A stretch of 32,641 nt of DNA, taken from positions 1,529 to 34,169 of the forward strand of contig CAZCGY010000003.1 of the NCBI GenBank assembly GCA_964498355.1, given 5' to 3'. The notes beneath the pieces were generated by a model that saw only the letters and a program-made list of their open reading frames with translations, was not told the origin of the DNA and did no database searches. Every line of letters begins with the position of its first letter. Position 1 is the first letter of the stretch. This document shows positions 9,443 to 16,972 of the stretch, one piece after another. The position numbers and the translations under genes were made by a program. This stretch comes from an uncultured Gammaproteobacteria bacterium (lineage in GTDB: Bacteria > Patescibacteriota > Patescibacteriia > CAZCGY01).

Positions 9443-10588
9443 ATGCCGGAACGACTTGTCTGGGTAGCAATCAACCGGAGGGCGCTTCTTCATAACTTCC
9501 GTGCGTTCCGCAGGGTTGTTGGTTCGGATGTTCCCTTGATGCCCATCCTGAAGAGCAACGCCTATGGTCACGGCATGACTCATGTTGCGCGCGCTCTGTC
9601 ACGCGAGAGGGGGCTGTGGGGTTTTGGGGTTGCGTCACTCAATGAAGCCATCGCCTTGCGAAACGCCGGAGTGCGGAAGCGCCTTCTTGTGCTGAGCTAT
9701 TGGCCTCAGGATCAAGCAGTGATTGCTCAAGCAATCCGTGCCCGCATCCGGCTCTGCGTGTGTACGCAAGCGCAGCTTTTGTTTCTTCATCGAGCTGCCG
9801 CCAGGATTGGCCTGCGCGCCCTCGTGCACGTCAAGCTGGATACAGGAACCAGCAGAATTGGTGTTCTTGCCCACGAAACGTCTGATTTTTTCCTGCGGGT
9901 ACGACGATGTCGAAATATCGAGGTTGAGGGGATTTTCTCTCACCTCGCCGAGGCGGAATCAGCCGATCAGCGACGGACACGTCATCAGTGTTCCATGCTG
10001 ACCGCCGGGCTTGGGGTCGCTGAAAAAGTTTTGGGGACGTCGTTGGCGGTGCACATGGCCTGCACTGCCGCGCTTCTTCTTCATCCCGCATCGCGCCTGT
10101 CTCTGGGACGCCTTGGCATTGGTCTGTATGGGCTCTGGCCGTCAACTGCTGCTGAGAAGAGGGGCAGGCGCCTTCGCCCGCCCATGCGTCTCCTGCCGGT
10201 TCTTTCGTGGCATGCGCGTCTTCTCCAGGTGAAACGCGTCCCGACCGGAACATGGGTTGGCTACGCGCGGACATACCGCACGCGGCGGCCAACAACTCTT
10301 GGCACTATTCCTGTCGGGTACTGGGACGGCCTTGATAGAAGATTTTCAAACAATGGTTCGGTGCTTGTGCGTGGCCGCCGCTGCCGGATCGTCGGCAGAG
10401 TATCAATGAACCTCACCATGATCGACATGACAGGCATTCCGTCGGTTGGGGTAGGGGATGAGGTTGTACTTCTTGGCAGACAAGGACAGTCGGTCATATC
10501 AGCCGAGTCCCTTGCACATGCGCTGGGCACCATCACCTACGAGGTTGTGACACGCATCAACCCGCTGATCCCCCGGATACCGCAATGA
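9443..10588 (+). CDS. alr: Alanine racemase
   Basis: PLP-lysine motif PILKSNAYGHG and C-terminal beta domain (GYARTY...IPVGYWDG). ATG 9443 lies 8 nt after GGAGG; the GTG at 9437 in the track is an alternative. Confidence 0.88.
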   Translation: MPERLVWVAINRRALLHNFRAFRRVVGSDVPLMPILKSNAYGHGMTHVARALSRERGLWGFGVASLNEAIALRNAGVRKRLLVLSYWPQDQAVIAQAIRARIRLCVCTQAQLLFLHRAAARIGLRALVHVKLDTGTSRIGVLAHETSDFFLRVRRCRNIEVEGIFSHLAEAESADQRRTRHQCSMLTAGLGVAEKVLGTSLAVHMACTAALLLHPASRLSLGRLGIGLYGLWPSTAAEKRGRRLRPPMRLLPVLSWHARLLQVKRVPTGTWVGYARTYRTRRPTTLGTIPVGYWDGLDRRFSNNGSVLVRGRRCRIVGRVSMNLTMIDMTGIPSVGVGDEVVLLGRQGQSVISAESLAHALGTITYEVVTRINPLIPRIPQ

Positions 10589-11646
10589 GATACGATGTTC
10601 ACCATACGAGCTCCCAGGCGCCGACAAGCCGAGCAAACCCGCTTTTTCCGCGAAAGCCCTCGCGTTTTTCTTTTCCAAGAGTCGTCATTGCCAGCCTCGC
10701 AGCGTCAGGTGCACTTTTTCTTGCAGGATTGTTCGCCACCGATATCCTGCAATACGGTCCTATCATCGTTGATGGCACTCACGCCATCCGCGCAGCCGAT
10801 GTTGAGGCATCGGTAAGGGGCTCCATGACGGGGAAGACCTTTGGAGTTTTTCGGAGGGATGCAACGTTGCTCTTTTCTACGCGCGCTGCAGAAAAAGCTG
10901 TCCAGAACTCACTTGCCTCCGACAGTCGGTTTGAGCGGGTTGTGGTGACAACGGGCCCATCGTTCCTTATTCGCGTTCAGATCATCGAGCGAGTACCGAA
11001 TATCATCTATACCAATGGCGGCCAGGAATATCTTGTCGACAGAAAAGGGCTTATTACCGCGTTTGTGTCTGAACCCACAGAGAAAAAGAAAGAATATCCG
11101 ACGGTTCTTGACCAGACGACGGGGCTTTTCACAGTCGGCGATCACGCCATGAGTACATCGGTCGTTGATTTTCTTTTTGCAGTCCGTGAGCAACTTCGGT
11201 TGTCGGAGATACCCATTGAGACATACTTTTTACCCCCCGCAAGTTGCCTCAATATTGATGACCAGCTCCAACAGCCGCTTGAAACGATCGGCCAGCCATT
11301 GACGAACAGCACAGCGGCAACGTCGAATGCACATGTGGGTACAGCGGACCTCAACACAAACGCCGAGCAGACGGATACACTCATGAAAGAAAGCGGGCTT
11401 GACCGGGATGAACCGGCCGGGGGAGTGGCTACTCTGGATCAATCGTGCGATCTGCGTTCCGCAGCGCTTCAAACCCCCGAGCTTCGCGCAAGGTCAACTG
11501 AGGGGTGGGAGCTCTACTTTCGCGTTACCGATGACGCGAAAACACAGGTCGCACGGCTCCTCAGAGTACTCCGCGAGCAGCGACTGGATAGAGACAAGCT
11601 CCACTATGTTGATTTACGCTTTGGCGACCGGGTGATCTATCTGTAA
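10585..11646 (+). CDS. FtsQ/DivIB-like cell division protein (TM anchor plus POTRA)
   Basis: 353 aa: cytoplasmic tail, one TM segment (VVIASLAASGALFLAGLF), POTRA-like IIVDGTHAIRAADVEASV..., and C-terminal YVDLRFGDRVIY typical of FtsQ. ATGA overlap with alr. Confidence 0.65.
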   Translation: MRYDVHHTSSQAPTSRANPLFPRKPSRFSFPRVVIASLAASGALFLAGLFATDILQYGPIIVDGTHAIRAADVEASVRGSMTGKTFGVFRRDATLLFSTRAAEKAVQNSLASDSRFERVVVTTGPSFLIRVQIIERVPNIIYTNGGQEYLVDRKGLITAFVSEPTEKKKEYPTVLDQTTGLFTVGDHAMSTSVVDFLFAVREQLRLSEIPIETYFLPPASCLNIDDQLQQPLETIGQPLTNSTAATSNAHVGTADLNTNAEQTDTLMKESGLDRDEPAGGVATLDQSCDLRSAALQTPELRARSTEGWELYFRVTDDAKTQVARLLRVLREQRLDRDKLHYVDLRFGDRVIYL

Positions 11647-11762
11647 GGGGAGCGACTGCTGTTTCGGTCGATCTAGTGTCGTACAAGATTACTTTTACGA
11701 ACCTCTATCTCGACGGACCGTAGAAATTCACTATGGTCCCTTTTGCCCGTATTTCCTCCTCG

Positions 11763-11792
11763 TAGCACTCGTTGAGATTCTTTATGAGTGCT
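11763..11792. repeat. CIRCE-like inverted repeat TAGCACTC-N15-GAGTGCT in a gene-free spacer
   Basis: The 7-bp arms AGCACTC/GAGTGCT equal the CIRCE arm core, but the spacer is 15 nt, not 9. Confidence 0.6.
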
Positions 11793-11911
11793 CGAAGAGC
11801 CGCCGAGAGGTACTGTACCTGTCTTGGCTTTGCTGTTCGATAAGGCACAAGGTTTTGAAAGCAAAATGAGTGTCGTAAAATTCACAACCGCCCACTGCTC
11901 TCTCTGCGGGG

Positions 11912-13171
11912 CTACGGCAGGTAGTTGAGGGGATTCTGTGGAATCCCGTCCAAACGCACCTCAAAATGTAAATGCGGGCCTGTGGTAAGGCGTCCGGCAC
12001 CCGGCGTACCCGGAGTTCCGCCAGAGTAGCCAATCACCTGGCCCTGCACGATGAAATCGTCTTCGACAACACTGATTTGGCTGACATGGCCGTAGACAGT
12101 TGAGAGCTTATTGCCGTGGACAATCATGATGTAGCTGTACCCAAGACCGGCATTTTTCGCACGGGCAACATACCCGGAAGCTGCGGCACGAAGGGCGGTC
12201 CCCTGCGGCGTAGCTACATCAATGGCCGGATGCTCGAAATATTTTCGGAAGATATAGCTCGGGTCGTGGAAATACGAAGTGATCCTGCGCGAAGAAATCG
12301 GCCACGCCAGGTCGGTTGGGCCTTTGGGGAGTTCATTTTTCCCCTCGAGCCTCCTGCGGATCTCTGCTTCAAGGCGCTGGATATCAGTATTGGCTGAGAG
12401 TTGCTCTTGTTTCGACTGCTCAAGCAGCCCCTCAAAACGCTGTTCAGAGTTTTTGGTGTCATCCAACAATGATTCGCGATAGGCCTGCTGGCTTTCGAGC
12501 CCGCCCTTCTCGGTGACAAGAACACCGCGCCTTTCGTTTTGTTGGTCGCGCTTTTTCTGTTGCTCATCCCGTTGTTGCTCAAGGTCTGCTTTCAAAAGCT
12601 GGATGCGATCAAGTGAGCGCTTTGCTTCAGCTTCGATGCTCTGGAGATATTTGAGTTGGTTGAAGAACTGAGAGAAGGTTTCGTTCGTGAGCGAGACCTC
12701 AAGCATGGTACGTTGCTCGTACCGATGGAGCGTGCGAAGGAGTTCCCCAAGCTGGGTTTTTTGTGCTGCGATGGCGCGCTCTTTCTCTTCAATCGTTGTT
12801 GCAAGTTCCTGGAGTTCAAGGTCGAGCGACTCAATCTCCAGATTGAGTTTCTGGATTGTGAGATCTGTTGTCGCAATCTGATCGTCAAGGACCGCAATTT
12901 GATTCTGCAGGCTCAGCGATTCCTGCTGTTTTTGGGCAATGCTTGACTCGTAGATTTTCTGTTGCTGCTCAAGGCTGATGATCTTGCTCTGCTTCTCCCG
13001 AATTTGCGTTTCAAGATCAGAAACGTCAGCCGGGGCTGCCGGGGTATTGCCATCAGGCGTTGAGGCATCCGGCGAGGAGGTGTCTTCGGCCGAAGCGGAT
13101 ACAACAAAAAAACTGGCTGCAAGCAGCGCTGTTGCGAGAAACGCAAGCCGGTATGTTTTTGTTTTGTTCAC
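11912..13171 (-). CDS. Secreted coiled-coil M23 (LytM-type) metallopeptidase, EnvC-like architecture
   Basis: Signal peptide (NKTKTYRLAFLATALLAASFFVVSASA), about 230 aa of Q/E/L-rich coiled coil, then M23 motifs HPAID and GPHLHFE. GTG 13171 follows AAGGA; GTG 13186 is the longer alternative. Confidence 0.85.
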   Translation of the reverse strand: MNKTKTYRLAFLATALLAASFFVVSASAEDTSSPDASTPDGNTPAAPADVSDLETQIREKQSKIISLEQQQKIYESSIAQKQQESLSLQNQIAVLDDQIATTDLTIQKLNLEIESLDLELQELATTIEEKERAIAAQKTQLGELLRTLHRYEQRTMLEVSLTNETFSQFFNQLKYLQSIEAEAKRSLDRIQLLKADLEQQRDEQQKKRDQQNERRGVLVTEKGGLESQQAYRESLLDDTKNSEQRFEGLLEQSKQEQLSANTDIQRLEAEIRRRLEGKNELPKGPTDLAWPISSRRITSYFHDPSYIFRKYFEHPAIDVATPQGTALRAAASGYVARAKNAGLGYSYIMIVHGNKLSTVYGHVSQISVVEDDFIVQGQVIGYSGGTPGTPGAGRLTTGPHLHFEVRLDGIPQNPLNYLP

Positions 13172-13207
13172 TACATCCTTAGCCACAGCGCGATCACGAT
13201 AGCATAG

Positions 13208-14662
13208 TTATTCCATTTGTGCAAGCATTGCGATGGCGCGCTCAAGCCGCCTGAGGCTTTCTTGCTTCCCCAATACTGCAGCAATGGCGAAAACCCCTGG
13301 CGATTTTTCCTGTCCTGACAGGGAAACGCGGAGAGGCCAGAGCGCATCTGCGTTGCTGATCCGATGCTTTGTCAGGTGCTGCAACGTGGCATCGTGCATC
13401 GTCTGTTCAAGGAACGCGCGTTCATCGATGCCCGACAGTAGTTCAAGCAGTGCTTTCAGAATAGCGGATGTTTCAGCTGGTGTCCCCTGCTTCGGAACGA
13501 GGATTGTCGCATCGTACTTTGGGAGCTCTGCGAGAAAAGCAAGGGAAGACGCAAGATCGTTGAGTGTCGTCAGCCGATCCCGCACCAGTTCGACGCCGTC
13601 ACGGAGGCGCGGGCCAAGGACCGGTGCAAGAGAACGAAGCCGGTCCCCTGCCCTCTGAAGAAGTTCGTCGACTGAAAGCTTTCGCAGATGGAGGGCATTG
13701 ATGTGATTGAGTTTTTTCAGATCGAAGACCGCTCCAGCTTTTTGAACGTGGTCGATTCGAAACATACCGAGAAGTTCCTGCATGGTAAAGAGCTCCTGAT
13801 CCGTCTTTGGGTTCCAGCCAAGGAGAGCGAGAAAGTTATTCACCGCTTCGGGGAGATAGCCCGCTTCGGCATAGTCTTGGATCGAGGTTGCAGCGTCACG
13901 CTTCGAAAGCTTGGAACGATCCGGAGCAAGGAGCAAGGGCACATGGCCATACTCTGGGGGAGTCAGGCCGAGTGCGTGAAACAGAAGGAGTTGCTTCGGC
14001 GTATTTGAGAGATGATCCTCGCCTCGGATGACATGGCTGATGTTCATGGCGCCGTCATCGACGACTACGGCGAAATTATAGAGCGGGTCATCTGCTCTTC
14101 GCGCGATGCTGAAGTCACCGAGGAGATCTGCCTGAAAACGTACCGTACCTCGCACGAGGTCGTGGAATTCTACCGTTCCGGGGCTGACTGCAAATCGAAA
14201 AAGCGGGCGGCGGCCGGCTCGTTCGTGCTGCTTGCGTGCTGCAGCAGTCAGCGTCTTGCATTTCCCGGAGTAGACAGGCGGGATTCCCTGGCGAAGTCGT
14301 TCACTTCGTTCATGTTCCAGCTCCTGCTGTGAGCAGTAACAAGGGTATGCCGAGCCGTTCGCGACGAGTTTTTCCAGAGCGGCCCGGTAGAGTCCCAACC
14401 GTTCACTTTGGCGATAGGGGCCGTACGGGCCTCCGCAATCGGGCCCCTCATCCCAGGCAAGCCCAAGCCACCGAAGACCGTCAACGATGTTTTTCTCGAA
14501 TGTCTGCGTCGACCGTGCCGTGTCGGTGTCCTCAATACGTAGGATAAACGACCCTTTTCGCTGCCGCGCAAAAAGGTAGTTGAAGAGGGCTGTGCGAGCG
14601 GTGCCGACGTGGAGCGCACCGGTCGGGCTTGGTGCAATGCGGACACGGACGGGTGCGGTCAT
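13208..14662 (-). CDS. gltX: Glutamyl-tRNA synthetase
   Basis: 484 aa: RVRIAPSPTGALHVGTARTALFNY (HIGH-type motif) and KLSKRD (KMSKS-type motif). Confidence 0.93.
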   Translation of the reverse strand: MTAPVRVRIAPSPTGALHVGTARTALFNYLFARQRKGSFILRIEDTDTARSTQTFEKNIVDGLRWLGLAWDEGPDCGGPYGPYRQSERLGLYRAALEKLVANGSAYPCYCSQQELEHERSERLRQGIPPVYSGKCKTLTAAARKQHERAGRRPLFRFAVSPGTVEFHDLVRGTVRFQADLLGDFSIARRADDPLYNFAVVVDDGAMNISHVIRGEDHLSNTPKQLLLFHALGLTPPEYGHVPLLLAPDRSKLSKRDAATSIQDYAEAGYLPEAVNNFLALLGWNPKTDQELFTMQELLGMFRIDHVQKAGAVFDLKKLNHINALHLRKLSVDELLQRAGDRLRSLAPVLGPRLRDGVELVRDRLTTLNDLASSLAFLAELPKYDATILVPKQGTPAETSAILKALLELLSGIDERAFLEQTMHDATLQHLTKHRISNADALWPLRVSLSGQEKSPGVFAIAAVLGKQESLRRLERAIAMLAQME

Positions 14663-15423
14663 GAGCGTGGAGATCGCAGTACGGCGAACGGGAACAGCAC
14701 GGTTGCGGTAAGAATACGGTGAAAACGCCGTCGACGCAAAGCTGGTTTTTCACGAGCCAGCCGCCAGAGCCACTCGAGCCCGACCTGCCGGACGAAACGC
14801 GGAGCGCGTGGGACAACCCCCGCAAGATAGTCAAACGTTCCGCCAACCCCCATCGCAACCCTGACGGATGGCATGTGGTGGAGATGTTTCGCGATCCAGA
14901 GGTCCTGCTTTGGCGACCCGAGTGCGACGAGCAGCACGGCTGGGCGCCGCCGGCGTATCCGCGCGATGCTCTCTTCATCGCTGCGGCGGTGAAAGAGAAA
15001 GTTTTCTTCGTTCTCGGCTCCGACGATGTGCAGCTTCGGGTATCTTGCCTGGAGGGACTTTGCGGCCTCTTTTGCGACGCCGTGCTCCGCGCCGTAGAGC
15101 ATGAGAGAGACCCTCCTGGCGACGGCGAGTTCGGCAATCCGGAGGGTGAGGTCGATGCCCGTGACGCGCTCAGGCAGCCATCTGCCTTGCACGAGACCTG
15201 CAAAGCGTACACCGACCCCGTCAGGAACAGCGAGTGCCGCCATATTGAGGACTGACCGGAACGGATCGTTGTTGCGGGCTCCCATGATAAACTCCGGGTT
15301 CACCGTGACAACATGGTGCTGCCTCCCGGAGTCGAGAAAAGCTCCGATCCGGTCAAGGGCCTCTTGCATGGTGACGGGGTCGATCCGGACGCCCAGGATG
15401 CTGAATGGTGAGCGTGGCTTCAT
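14659..15423 (-). CDS. WecB/TagA/CpsF-family glycosyltransferase
   Basis: ILGVRIDPVTMQEALDRI..., VVTVNPEF, VPDGVGV and LVALGSPKQDLW match the family. The ATG at 15423 gives the usual short N-terminus; the track start at 15480 overlaps a TGtGATACT -10-like box. ATGA overlap with gltX. Confidence 0.8.
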   Translation of the reverse strand: MKPRSPFSILGVRIDPVTMQEALDRIGAFLDSGRQHHVVTVNPEFIMGARNNDPFRSVLNMAALAVPDGVGVRFAGLVQGRWLPERVTGIDLTLRIAELAVARRVSLMLYGAEHGVAKEAAKSLQARYPKLHIVGAENEENFLFHRRSDEESIARIRRRRPAVLLVALGSPKQDLWIAKHLHHMPSVRVAMGVGGTFDYLAGVVPRAPRFVRQVGLEWLWRLAREKPALRRRRFHRILTATVLFPFAVLRSPRS

Positions 15424-15497
15424 GATGATGATGTGTCCGCCGGCAATTGCCTGCCCGTCGTGAACTTCCCTGCCTTGCATAGTATCACAAAATCAGC

Positions 15498-15503
15498 TAT
15501 ACT
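15498..15503 (+). promoter_or_regulatory. -10 box TATACT, 9 nt upstream of the ATG at 15513 (near-leaderless transcript)
   Basis: Sequence match only. No SD fits between the box and the start codon. Confidence 0.3.
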
Positions 15504-15512
15504 ATCCATCTG

Positions 15513-16928
15513 ATGATGGTTTTCTTGAGAACTATTCGACAAAAAACATCGTTGGCTGTCCTGTGCGTGCTGAGTACGGTACTCTTTTTTTCACCAGCCG
15601 TTGTGCACGCTGCATTTGATCCAAACTTTCTCCTGTCGGATTATGACCTTACCGACGGCGGCGCGCTGTCACGGAAAGGCGTACAGGCATTCCTGGCAGC
15701 AAAAGGCAGCGGGCTTACAACACGGACATTTACGGCTTTGAACCGTGCTGTCAAATCTGCAGCCGATATCATCTTCGAGGTGAGCCGGCAGTACTCAATC
15801 AGCCAAAAGTTTCTTCTCGTTCTTCTGCAGAAGGAACAGAGTCTTATCACTGATCCAACTCCGTCTGAACGTCAGCTGGACTGGGCGACAGGGTTCGCGG
15901 TATGCGACAGCTGCAGCACGAGCGATCCCTCGCTCCAGCGCTTTCGGGGGTACGCGAACCAGGTCACGTGGGCGGCGAAACGCATTCGCGAAACGTACCT
16001 CCCCCTTCTGGAGAAAACGGGGCGGGTCTACCAATTCGGCCGTGGCATTTCAACGATGATCGACGGAGTTTCGGTCACGCCAAGAAACAATGCCACTGCG
16101 GCGTTGTACACGTACACGCCACATCTCCATGGCAACCAAAATTTCGTCCGATTATGGAACGCGTGGTTTGCACGGCGCTTTCCTGACGGCGCCCTCGTCA
16201 AGAACACCGAAGGGAAAGGGTACTATCTTATTGCGGCAGGAAAGCGCCGGCCGTTCCGTTCGACAACGGTCCTGCTCTCCAACTATGATCCGAAAAAGGC
16301 CTTGCTCGCAAGCCCGAACGACCTTGCTGCATATGAGCTCGGTGAGCCGATTGTTTTTCAAAACTACAGTTTGATTCGTTCTCCTCGCGGAACAATCTTC
16401 CTGATCGTCGACGGCACGAAACGAGGCATTGCATCGCAAGAAGTGTTCCGTACACTCGGCTTTAATCCCGAAGAGGTACAAAACGCCAAGTGGGGGGACA
16501 TCAACCTGTATCCCGATGGTCCCATTCTTGATCTCTCGAGCGCTTACCCCGCAGGAGCTTTGCTGCAATCGACCACGACAGGCGGCATTACGTATGTCGA
16601 ACAGGGAATACGCCATGCAATCCATTCGAAGGAAATTCTCACATCAAGATTCGCTGGGAAGAAAATCATTCGTGTGCGTGAGCAGGAACTCGATCAGTAC
16701 CCCGCTGGTGACCCGGTAACGTTTCGTGACGGCGAGATGATCACGGCACAGGGTGAACGGAGTGTCTACTTCATCTCAAACGGCCAGAAGCGTCCGATCG
16801 CGTCACGAGAGGCGTTCACGACACTCGGGCTGAAATGGTCAAATGTCATACGAACAACTCAGAGAGCTCTTGAAATCCATCCGACAGGCGAACCCGTGGG
16901 GGCGATCACGGACCAACCGGCAAACTAA
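15513..16928 (+). CDS. Secreted protein with an N-terminal muramidase/transglycosylase-like domain and four ~55-aa C-terminal repeats
   Basis: 471 aa. Signal peptide ends AVVHA-AF. LLVLLQKEQSLI is a glycosidase-like Glu motif. Four repeats share the pattern (Y/F)(L/F)I..G.KR.I.S...F..LG.....V......L..YP.G.P(I/V). Confidence 0.6.
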   Translation: MMVFLRTIRQKTSLAVLCVLSTVLFFSPAVVHAAFDPNFLLSDYDLTDGGALSRKGVQAFLAAKGSGLTTRTFTALNRAVKSAADIIFEVSRQYSISQKFLLVLLQKEQSLITDPTPSERQLDWATGFAVCDSCSTSDPSLQRFRGYANQVTWAAKRIRETYLPLLEKTGRVYQFGRGISTMIDGVSVTPRNNATAALYTYTPHLHGNQNFVRLWNAWFARRFPDGALVKNTEGKGYYLIAAGKRRPFRSTTVLLSNYDPKKALLASPNDLAAYELGEPIVFQNYSLIRSPRGTIFLIVDGTKRGIASQEVFRTLGFNPEEVQNAKWGDINLYPDGPILDLSSAYPAGALLQSTTTGGITYVEQGIRHAIHSKEILTSRFAGKKIIRVREQELDQYPAGDPVTFRDGEMITAQGERSVYFISNGQKRPIASREAFTTLGLKWSNVIRTTQRALEIHPTGEPVGAITDQPAN

Positions 16929-16972
16929 GGCCGGTCAGGGTCGTTGGAGTGAAGAGATCCTGTTTTTTTGAT

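Noticed and set aside
11647-11700. tmRNA-like 5' end (GGGGAGCGAC...GTTTCGGTCGA)
   Set aside because: Only a loose resemblance to the GGGG..GA...TTCGAC start of tmRNA. No T-arm (GGTTCGA.TCC) or CCA-proximal acceptor complement occurs anywhere downstream, and the spacer is too short.
11677-11876. 9-nt direct repeat AGTGTCGTA (11677-11685 and 11868-11876) as a possible target-site duplication of a MITE
   Set aside because: No terminal inverted repeats lie inside the direct repeats, and a 9-mer coincidence within 265 nt is not improbable.
11673-11885. 70-aa minus-strand ORF in the convergent spacer
   Set aside because: No hydrophobic core, no SD, and it reads straight through the CIRCE-like hairpin. 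Treated as non-coding.
14532-15212. 226-aa minus-strand ORF overlapping the gltX start and the WecB/TagA gene
   Set aside because: It is an alternative frame of the WecB/TagA gene, Ser/Arg/Pro-rich and without motifs.
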